DNA of 64,000 nucleotides from Actinomycetota bacterium (GTDB lineage Bacteria; Actinomycetota; Actinomycetes; S36-B12; UBA5976): NCBI GenBank assembly GCA_009923495.1, contig RFTJ01000001.1, positions 12,879 to 76,878 of the forward strand, read 5' to 3'. Shown piece by piece: positions 9,762 to 16,896 of this stretch (position 1 is its first letter; each line of letters starts with the position of its first letter). The notes under the pieces were generated by a model. It saw only the letters and a program-made list of their open reading frames with translations, ran no database searches and was not told where the DNA came from. The position numbers and the translations under genes were made by a program.

Positions 9762-10265
9762 TTAATCGAAAGTTGGCGTATCCCTGAACATTCGCTGGAA
9801 ATACATCCCTGGCTTTCGAGTACTTTCTTGGAGATCTCCCAATTTTACAAAGCCCAAGCGCTCATAAGCCGCAATTGCTGCATAGTTGTCATGCCATACT
9901 CCGAGCCCTTGTCGATGCCAGCCACGCTGCTGAGCTACCGAGTCGACGTAACCAATCATTGCCTTCATTACGCCCTGGCCCCTGAATTCAGGTGCGACCC
10001 AGCAGCCGCCCAGCCAGATGGTTGCGCCAAAGTCTCCCTGTAGTTCTTCGACGGACATAATTGCGGAATCCTTATCATCTAAGACCGCAATTAGGTAAGT
10101 CAGGTGCGACATCCGCTCAAGCCACTGGTCTTGGCCAAATTCAACCACGACTTCATAACGTTCACCGTAGGCTTCAGGAGTATCCAAAAGTGAAGCCAAA
10201 CGAATGTCTCGCAGGCGCTGCCAATCGCCAAGGGAAAGTTCATCAATCTTGAGGTCAAGATACAT
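9762..10265 (-). CDS. GNAT family N-acetyltransferase
   Basis: 167 aa with acetyl-CoA binding motif A-like VAPEFRGQGVMKAMI (Q/RxxGxG/A) and C-terminal AIAAYERLGF. Confidence 0.75.
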   Translation of the reverse strand: MYLDLKIDELSLGDWQRLRDIRLASLLDTPEAYGERYEVVVEFGQDQWLERMSHLTYLIAVLDDKDSAIMSVEELQGDFGATIWLGGCWVAPEFRGQGVMKAMIGYVDSVAQQRGWHRQGLGVWHDNYAAIAAYERLGFVKLGDLQESTRKPGMYFQRMFRDTPTFD

Positions 10266-10487
10266 TGCCCGGCTCCAGGAAGATTACGACTCATTTGGTT
10301 GGTTAACTGACGCTAACCTATCGTAAATTTGTTGTCGCTTAACAATTTTTCTTGGAAATCGCAACACGGTCAGCGGACTAAAACAGGACGAATCTAATTG
10401 CAGCACCTAGCATGGAAACAGGTACTAAATTTTCCACTCGCTAGATTTCAATTCTCAAGTTTTGACCAGCTAGTTCGGGAGTAAGCA

Positions 10488-11798
10488 ATGGCAGCAAAAG
10501 TTTTAGTGATTGGACTGACCGACATTGGTCGTCGCACATGTGCTGCTTTGGCTGATCGAAATGTTGAAGTCTTACATGTGGCAAATCCTTCAGATGCCCA
10601 ACTTCGAGAGTTGCTTACTGATGACATTGCTGGAGTCGCAGTGATGCTGCATAACGACATTGAGGCACTTAGATATTCGCTTACCATTGAACACATAAAA
10701 CCTAGTATCCGGCTATTCGTGGCGATTTTCGACCGAAGCGTTCGGCATGAGATGGAACGCTCAATACCAAACTGCACTATCGCATCTCCTGCCTACATCG
10801 CTGGGTCATCGATCATCGCATCAGCACTTCTCGACCACGATGCCATTCGACGCACAGGTCCAGCAGCGAACCTTAGTTGGGAGTCAGTGGATGTTGCCGA
10901 AGGATTGGTCACTGTTTCTAGATTTTCTATCCCGGCTAAGTGGCGTATGCAGAAGGTATCCGCGCTAATAAGTGGTCAATTACGCGCATACGATTTTGCA
11001 TCTCGAGCACTCTTGATGGGACTGCTAGCTCTGCTGACGATGCTAATTTCCGATGCGTTAATACTGAGCAAAGATATGTCGATTGCTAAGGCTTTTTACT
11101 CTGCTGCTGCTGTAATTGCGGGAGTTACTGCTCCAGAAACCCCGCATGCTGGCTGGCAGTTTGTCCAATCAGGAAGTTTCATGTTGCTTACCATAATCTT
11201 TATTGCCATGTTTGGCGCTGGAGTTGTTAATCACATTCTCAATGGTCGCCGAGTAGGCATAGTTGGTCGCCGGGTAATCCCCCGGAAATATCACGTGGTA
11301 ATCGTTGGTCTTGGCCAAGTCGGCATCCGCCTTTGCAAAGAACTGAAGCTCCTGCAAATTCCAGTTGTGGCAATAGAGCAAAACGAGAATGCACGAGGTG
11401 TACTGCTAGCCCGTGATCTTAATGTCCCGGTAATTATCGGCAATGCCAGTGACATTCGTACTCTGCAAAGGGCAAAAGTTGGCAGTGCTAAGGCATTACT
11501 TGCTATGGCCTCGCACGAAGAAGATAACATCTCGGTGGCAGTGGCTGCTCGGACCAAATTTCCCAAAACGGTAATCATTCTGCGCGCTGGCACTAATGAC
11601 GCGATTGAAGAAACTCGCTCACTATTTTCCATCGGCCAAGTATCCGATGTTAACGGACTCACTGCCGCTTTTGTTGCACAATCTCTCTTGGATAAATCGC
11701 CGAACGTCATAATTCCAAAAGGGCCTACAGTTGCCGCAGTAACCACTGACTCCAAAGTGTTGCTGCAAGCGAACCCCGGTCGGTGTTTTTGCAATTAA
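10488..11798 (+). CDS. RCK/TrkA-N domain membrane protein (RCK - 2TM pore-like region - RCK), potassium-channel-like with degenerate filter
   Basis: The N-terminal Rossmann-like segment is KVLVIGLTDIGRR. A central hydrophobic pair flanks a pore-helix-like segment, AFYSAAAVIAGVTAPE. The second domain has a canonical GxGxxG (VVIVGLGQVGIRLCKEL). Confidence 0.65.
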   Translation: MAAKVLVIGLTDIGRRTCAALADRNVEVLHVANPSDAQLRELLTDDIAGVAVMLHNDIEALRYSLTIEHIKPSIRLFVAIFDRSVRHEMERSIPNCTIASPAYIAGSSIIASALLDHDAIRRTGPAANLSWESVDVAEGLVTVSRFSIPAKWRMQKVSALISGQLRAYDFASRALLMGLLALLTMLISDALILSKDMSIAKAFYSAAAVIAGVTAPETPHAGWQFVQSGSFMLLTIIFIAMFGAGVVNHILNGRRVGIVGRRVIPRKYHVVIVGLGQVGIRLCKELKLLQIPVVAIEQNENARGVLLARDLNVPVIIGNASDIRTLQRAKVGSAKALLAMASHEEDNISVAVAARTKFPKTVIILRAGTNDAIEETRSLFSIGQVSDVNGLTAAFVAQSLLDKSPNVIIPKGPTVAAVTTDSKVLLQANPGRCFCN

Positions 11799-11864
11799 CC
11801 TTTATCGGTTATGAAAATAATTAGCGTGTTTGAGAATAGATTAAGAGATCAAGCAGGAAAAATC

Positions 11865-13190
11865 TTAATCTTGCAGCACTGCCGAGAGGTCTCCAATAGG
11901 TTTCTGGGTTGCCTTCAATACCTCTATGACTCTGGCTTGGTCACCAAGTAGCTCGTATCCAGTTACCAAGTTCAGTAGTGCCCGCTTAAATGTTGTAACG
12001 TTTTCTTGAGTTTTCAGGAGCAACCAAGCTTCGTCTAGGTGGTTCTTTGCACTTGATTCGTTTCCATTTTTGGCCAGTATTTTTCCTAGCTGAGTGTGTA
12101 CATGAGCCGAGATGTCTACAGCAACGCCGCCCTGAGCCAGAATCTTGAAATAGATATCCGACGCAGCTGAGTAATCCCCCAGGCGTCCAAGTAGGTCGGC
12201 ATAAACATTTTGTGCATATTGCATCATCACGAAATCAAAACTTGAACTTCTGGCCCTGATTAAGGATTCAATCTCTACTTGCGCGGCGACGAGCCGGGAG
12301 TCGCCATCTGGGGCGCAGTTAACCAGTATTTCCGAATATAGAATTTGTAAAACCAATGCGGGGACTGAATCCATTTCATCGGAAAACAAGGCTCTAGCCT
12401 CCTGGGCTAATCGCGTTGCTTGTTCATAGTCCCCGACTTCATAGGCCAGCGATGCACTAACCCAAAGCGCGCTTCCCCGACCTCTTCTGTCTTTAACTTT
12501 TGGCAATAACTCGTCAATTTCAACCAACAACTTATTTGCTGAGGCAGAATCTCCGAAGGAGAGCAGCCGGTCTGCAATAGCAGCAGTTACTTGGGTTAAA
12601 AGAAGGGGGTCAACGTGTAGGGTCTCTTTGAGTTCACGGCGAATCTGGCTTAGATAAATCGTTGCATCTAGTGCATAATTTAGCCGATCGGATAATCGGC
12701 AATAAAGCATTGCGGCGCGGCGTCCAATTTGCCAATCTTTTGTCCTGAGTGCATCTTCGAGTACACCTTTTATGACCATGTCAGAAGCGACAAAATTACC
12801 AAGTCCATAATCGAGTTCGGCTTGGATTATTCGCCCCTGAAGCGTCTGAAGTGAGTCGTTAGCTACTTCGGCTAACAGGGCTTGAGCTGCCGGAAAATCA
12901 GTCAGCGTCAAAAGCACATCGATCTGAGCTAAAAGAGCGCTCTGTTTTCCATCCAATTTTGGCAACTCCGGCTTGCACAGTTGCGAAACTGCTACGCCAA
13001 GGACTTGAGCTATGTGCGCCAAAGCCTTTTCCGAAGGCATTCGCTTGCCCTGCTCAATGAGCGATATGTATCCAGGGCTAATCAACTCACCGACGAAAGC
13101 TGCCTGCTTCAGACCTCTATCGATTCGTAACTGCCTAATTTGGGCACCCAATTCGACGGGAGAAATTTCTCCTAAAAATTCTTTGGGCAC
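11865..13190 (-). CDS. XRE-family helix-turn-helix transcriptional regulator with long all-helical TPR-like C-terminal domain
   Basis: 441 aa. The N-terminus (LGAQIRQLRIDRGLKQAAFVGELISPGYISLIEQGKRMPSEKALAHIAQVLGV) is a textbook HTH_XRE (Cro/C1) domain. The remaining ~360 aa are Leu/Ala-rich with repeated A..Y....G.Y..A-like helical hairpins (e.g. YEVGDYEQATRLAQEA, LGRLGDYSAASDIYFKI). The start is GTG with no obvious SD, so the transcript may be leaderless. Confidence 0.8.
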   Translation of the reverse strand: MPKEFLGEISPVELGAQIRQLRIDRGLKQAAFVGELISPGYISLIEQGKRMPSEKALAHIAQVLGVAVSQLCKPELPKLDGKQSALLAQIDVLLTLTDFPAAQALLAEVANDSLQTLQGRIIQAELDYGLGNFVASDMVIKGVLEDALRTKDWQIGRRAAMLYCRLSDRLNYALDATIYLSQIRRELKETLHVDPLLLTQVTAAIADRLLSFGDSASANKLLVEIDELLPKVKDRRGRGSALWVSASLAYEVGDYEQATRLAQEARALFSDEMDSVPALVLQILYSEILVNCAPDGDSRLVAAQVEIESLIRARSSSFDFVMMQYAQNVYADLLGRLGDYSAASDIYFKILAQGGVAVDISAHVHTQLGKILAKNGNESSAKNHLDEAWLLLKTQENVTTFKRALLNLVTGYELLGDQARVIEVLKATQKPIGDLSAVLQD

Positions 13191-13210
13191 AACCTGATAT
13201 TACGCCGATT

Positions 13211-13262
13211 GTTACTTTCTTACTGTATTCTCTATTTTTGTAAGATTTCTTACACAAAGTAA
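13211..13262. promoter_or_regulatory. Repeat-rich divergent promoter/operator region between the XRE-TPR regulator and the small peptide gene
   Basis: Direct repeat TTTCTTAC at 13216..13223 and 13246..13253 (30 bp apart). Inverted pair TTACTTT (13212..13218) / AAAGTAA (13256..13262). Inverted pair CTTAC (13219..13223) / GTAAG (13240..13244). The region is AT-rich. Confidence 0.35.
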
Positions 13263-13277
13263 AATTAAGGAAAAACA

Positions 13278-13403
13278 ATGAAACGAACATTCAGGGTTTT
13301 AATAGCACTTAGTTTGGCGCTTGCGCTCAGTGGCACCGGGGCATCGACAGTCAGTGCTGGTCCCAGAATCACACCTTTGAACGTTAACCTAAAGTGCTGC
13401 TAA
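13278..13403 (+). CDS. Small secreted pro-peptide (41 aa), candidate signalling peptide precursor
   Basis: Below the track's size cutoff. ATG 13278 is preceded by AAGGA 8 nt upstream. Translation is MKRTFRVLIALSLALALSGTGASTVSAGPRITPLNVNLKCC, then TAA. It has a positively charged n-region, a 13-aa hydrophobic core and a VSA|G signal-peptidase I site, which would leave the 14-aa tail GPRITPLNVNLKCC. Confidence 0.6.
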   Translation: MKRTFRVLIALSLALALSGTGASTVSAGPRITPLNVNLKCC

Positions 13404-13404
13404 C

Positions 13405-13623
13405 GTGAGCGCCACTGATTTGGACGGATCAGCTGAATATATGCAGTTTCGAATCATTGATCCGTGTGGTCGGGTCATTGCCCAGCGCCGCTGTCCGCAT
13501 TTCAGCGCCGCAATCGAGTGGCTTCAAACAGTGCAAAAGATTAGACACGATCCATTTTTGGAGGTACAGCGCCAAGTTGCAGACACCTGGATTTCACGGT
13601 CTAACCGAAAATTCCACCAATAG
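13405..13623 (+). CDS. Hypothetical small cytoplasmic protein (72 aa), apparently translationally coupled to the pro-peptide gene
   Basis: The GTG lies 1 nt after the TAA of the peptide ORF. An alternative ATG at 13441 would give MQFRIIDPCGRV... There is no signal peptide or TM segment, and I recognised no family. Confidence 0.4.
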   Translation: MSATDLDGSAEYMQFRIIDPCGRVIAQRRCPHFSAAIEWLQTVQKIRHDPFLEVQRQVADTWISRSNRKFHQ

Positions 13624-13668
13624 CCCACGAAGCTAGAAGTCGGTCGGAGCGGGCTTATTGCTTCGTAG

Positions 13669-15564
13669 TTAGGGAATTACTGTGAAAGTGACTGCCTGGG
13701 TCTTTACTGTGTAGGACGTCGTGTTGGTTGGCCTAAAGGTGACCGTTACTTTTAACTTGCCGGTTCTGGCTACGGTATTCAGAGCAGGTGAATATGTAAA
13801 AGTACCTGCAGTGTCTGAATAGGCATTCAGGATTGAGCTAGTTAATTTAGTGCCATTCTTAATGGTTAAAGTTGGATTCCATCTGATTGCACCGGTCGTA
13901 TTAGTGCGTAAATAATTCGCGGTTTGGCTAGTTGCATTATTAATATGACTTGCCACTCCGCCTGCTAGCGTGACTGTGTCGTTGTAACTAACCCCACGAA
14001 TCGTGTCGTTAATAATATCCTGGCGCTGTACGCTCAAAATCTGAGAGATACTTGCAGATAGCCCTAACGCGGGAGCAAGAGCAGCTACTTTCGCAACAGC
14101 AATCTGGTACATGCTCTTGCATTTATCGTCGGCATAGCATCTCTTGAAAAGGATGCCGATGGCGTCTGCATAATTACCCGTATTGCCGCCGAAAGTCTGA
14201 TCGGTTCCCCACGGTAGCAGTTCAAAATATCCATCTTCATTGCTGTGTAGGTAGTAGTTATTTGGCGTCCACGAGCGCAAACTGGTGTAGCCATCCCAAT
14301 GATCTAGATACTGTTCAACAGCCATCATGTTCACCATTGCCTGCACATTTAGCACGCTACGAACGGCATCAGAAGTCATCGTGTTGTTGTTAACTGCTGT
14401 TTCAAGGGCTTGAAGATCGGCCCGAGTAGTTTTATCTCCCTCGTCCACTTCGTAGGCAAGGTTAGTCCGACCAGTTGTGATGTCGGGGGGTCTGTCGGTC
14501 CATAGTGCCTCGTATAGGTGCTGGGTCTTTGGATAAGTCCAGGAAAGCGACACATCATCATATGGCTCTAGGGTCAGATAGAAGCCCCATAGCTTGTTAT
14601 TTATGTAAACAGATGCATAACCAGCTCTGGGCGCTGGAATCCCCATAGCCCGAAATAATGTGTAACTTGCCCATTCACGGACAACACTGGGATCCTGCTT
14701 TAAGTTATTGAGAGTTAACCGGTTCAAGCCAGTTAAACGCTGACCCTGAACAGTCATATTGAATTTGATTTTAAACGAGCTCTTACTTGGATTGTCGATA
14801 TTGCCAAACGGTTGATATGAACCGTAACCCTTTTTGAGTCTGATGCCTACTGCTAACGAGCTGATTGATTTGACTGTCGTCCCCGCAGCGTCTTTCGCAG
14901 TGATGGAAAACGTGCCTGGGCGATAGATGTCACCAGGATTGCCATTTTGAAAATCTGTCATAGTTGCTGAGGGCAGATTTAGGTCAATTCGTTTGGTGAG
15001 CATGGGATCAAAAACCCAAGCAGATGCATCAGGTTGCTGGCCAACAGCTGGTACTTTGTTTGCGGCGTAGGGAGTTGGCAGCGTTGCCGTCCAACCAAGT
15101 CGCGCCGTGGACATTCTGCCCCAAGTAAAGCCATTTGCTAGAGGTGGGATAGCGACTGAATCAATGATGTTATACGAGTAGCCCACGAGTTGAGCCAACT
15201 TAATGCTGTCATCGCCACAAGTGATGTCGAACTTAAATTCTGTTGTCTTAGTACCTCGAAATAATTTTAGGTACATCCGTGGACCAATTGTGGTACCACT
15301 TGCAAATCGGCGCACATGGTATGGGTCATCAAGGTTGCCGAGGTGATCGGCTAGCACCCAATCGCTGAGATCCACACGGACAGTGGAACTGGTGTTAAAT
15401 AATTCGATAAATGCCGGCGTAGTACCCGAACACCTAACTTCGTTAATCACCACTGGAGAACTAGAAGAGGCTTGCACCATTGTTGGATTAGCTACCAGCG
15501 TGGAACCTACAAAAACCGTAATGGTGGCAATCGCGCTAATCGTTCGCCTTGAAAATTTACCCAT
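13669..15564 (-). CDS. Secreted CotH kinase-family protein with N-terminal lamin-tail domain (LTD) and C-terminal Ig-like region
   Basis: Signal peptide MGKFSRRTISAIATITVFVGSTLVANPTMVQA. LTD-like VVINEV...FIELFNTS...DLSDWVLADH. CotH-core-like NNYYLHSNEDGYFELLPWGTDQTFG. The C-terminus is a beta-rich T/S segment. Confidence 0.8.
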   Translation of the reverse strand: MGKFSRRTISAIATITVFVGSTLVANPTMVQASSSSPVVINEVRCSGTTPAFIELFNTSSTVRVDLSDWVLADHLGNLDDPYHVRRFASGTTIGPRMYLKLFRGTKTTEFKFDITCGDDSIKLAQLVGYSYNIIDSVAIPPLANGFTWGRMSTARLGWTATLPTPYAANKVPAVGQQPDASAWVFDPMLTKRIDLNLPSATMTDFQNGNPGDIYRPGTFSITAKDAAGTTVKSISSLAVGIRLKKGYGSYQPFGNIDNPSKSSFKIKFNMTVQGQRLTGLNRLTLNNLKQDPSVVREWASYTLFRAMGIPAPRAGYASVYINNKLWGFYLTLEPYDDVSLSWTYPKTQHLYEALWTDRPPDITTGRTNLAYEVDEGDKTTRADLQALETAVNNNTMTSDAVRSVLNVQAMVNMMAVEQYLDHWDGYTSLRSWTPNNYYLHSNEDGYFELLPWGTDQTFGGNTGNYADAIGILFKRCYADDKCKSMYQIAVAKVAALAPALGLSASISQILSVQRQDIINDTIRGVSYNDTVTLAGGVASHINNATSQTANYLRTNTTGAIRWNPTLTIKNGTKLTSSILNAYSDTAGTFTYSPALNTVARTGKLKVTVTFRPTNTTSYTVKTQAVTFTVIP

Positions 15565-15631
15565 GCTTATATTTTGTCCTTACCAAGCAGTTTTGGTTCA
15601 GACTAATGCACCCAATTTGGTAACAGATTCT

Positions 15632-16882
15632 TTACCGAGCCAAATTTCGGCCAAATTTTTGCAAAACCAGCGAAACGTAAGTCATGTCTGCCCACGAAAA
15701 CCACGGACGAGTGAAATTCTTAGGATTTTCACAGGAGAATGACTCGTGCATATCGCCTGTGCCACCATCACCGAGCTCTAGCTGGAGCAGCGAACGCTCC
15801 TGTTCCTGTTCATCTTGCGAAGTTAGGCCAGCCATTGCAATTGCTAAGGGCCAAACCCAGTCCGTAGGTGTGTGTTCACTAGAAAGTCCGCTAAAGCCAT
15901 TTTTATTTATCCAGAATTTGTGTTCTGAACTAAGGAGCCATTCGCGGGTGGCTAGGTAAGACTCATCAGAGTTGTCGCAATAACCTAAAATCGGCAAGGC
16001 GAGCAAACTCGGAATGTTTGGATCGTCCATGTAAAGCGAATTCCCCAGACCATCGACTTCGTAGGGGTAACGAGAATTCTCGGCTAGCGTCTGTGAGATT
16101 GCGCAAGAAATTTCCTGAGACAGGTTTTCCGACTTATTAGCAATCTCTGGCAAGCCCATCTCGTTTGCAATCTTGGCCAATCTACTTAGCGTGGCAGCGA
16201 GGTGAGCATTGGAGGGAATGTGATAACCATAAACACACCGATCATCACTGGGGCGAAACGCGCTCCAAACCATTCCAGTGAATCCAACTGGAGCTCCGTA
16301 GCCATCATGCGAAAGGTAGTCATGCAAAGGGGCGGCTCTGCGAATAAATCGATATGAATCTGGCTGATGATTTTGCTCAACCGCACATAAAGCCAGAATA
16401 TGATGCGCTAGCTCCCAAAATGCTTGGTCCAAGTGTTCTTGCGAACCCGTGTGCTCATAGATAGAGATTGCTAACTCAAAAAATGTAGACCAAGAATCCA
16501 ATTCGAACTTGCGCTCAAAGACCCATGGACTTTGGTCAGGAAAATCCTGGTGCCAACACTGCCCAGATGCACTTTCGTTGAAGGCATTGGCATATGGGTC
16601 AATGCCTAAGAACTTTGTCTGTAACCGACTGACGGAACCTAGGATTTCTATTAACTCTTCATCTGGATTCATTTTGAGCAACGGCAACATCTGCCAAGTT
16701 GAATCCCGGATCCACATCGCTGGAATATCCCCAGTAACGACGAAAATCGTTCCGTCATCTCTGCGTGTTAGCGTTTCTGCAAACAACCGGTCTACATATT
16801 TTCGCACTCGTACCAGTCGATGTTCGGGAACATGAGTAGCCAGCCCAGCTAAATGGTTTGCGATGCAAGGAGGTTGGCGCAC
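15632..16882 (-). CDS. Glycoside hydrolase family 125 (DUF1237; metal-independent exo-alpha-1,6-mannosidase family)
   Basis: 416 aa. The family-typical motif VVTGDIPAMWIRDSTWQ is present, followed by an (alpha/alpha)6-type sequence. The start is GTG and is uncertain. Confidence 0.8.
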   Translation of the reverse strand: MRQPPCIANHLAGLATHVPEHRLVRVRKYVDRLFAETLTRRDDGTIFVVTGDIPAMWIRDSTWQMLPLLKMNPDEELIEILGSVSRLQTKFLGIDPYANAFNESASGQCWHQDFPDQSPWVFERKFELDSWSTFFELAISIYEHTGSQEHLDQAFWELAHHILALCAVEQNHQPDSYRFIRRAAPLHDYLSHDGYGAPVGFTGMVWSAFRPSDDRCVYGYHIPSNAHLAATLSRLAKIANEMGLPEIANKSENLSQEISCAISQTLAENSRYPYEVDGLGNSLYMDDPNIPSLLALPILGYCDNSDESYLATREWLLSSEHKFWINKNGFSGLSSEHTPTDWVWPLAIAMAGLTSQDEQEQERSLLQLELGDGGTGDMHESFSCENPKNFTRPWFSWADMTYVSLVLQKFGRNLAR

Positions 16883-16896
16883 CCTTAAAGTGTACG

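Noticed and set aside
11291-11794. A 167-aa antisense ORF lies inside the RCK channel-like gene. Similar antisense or off-frame ORFs occur elsewhere (18483..18947, 28632..29063, 48309..48860, 52740..53162, 57739..58197, 61183..61605).
   Set aside because: Each lies entirely within a longer ORF that carries clear family motifs. Their translations are Arg/Ser/Cys/Pro-rich and motif-free, which is typical of shadow ORFs.
16867-16873. A strong AAGGAGG was considered as the RBS for an unannotated small gene between GH125 and the P450.
   Set aside because: The only start at proper spacing (TTG 16874) opens a 4-codon ORF. The site more likely belongs to P450 start-site ambiguity and is noted under that finding.
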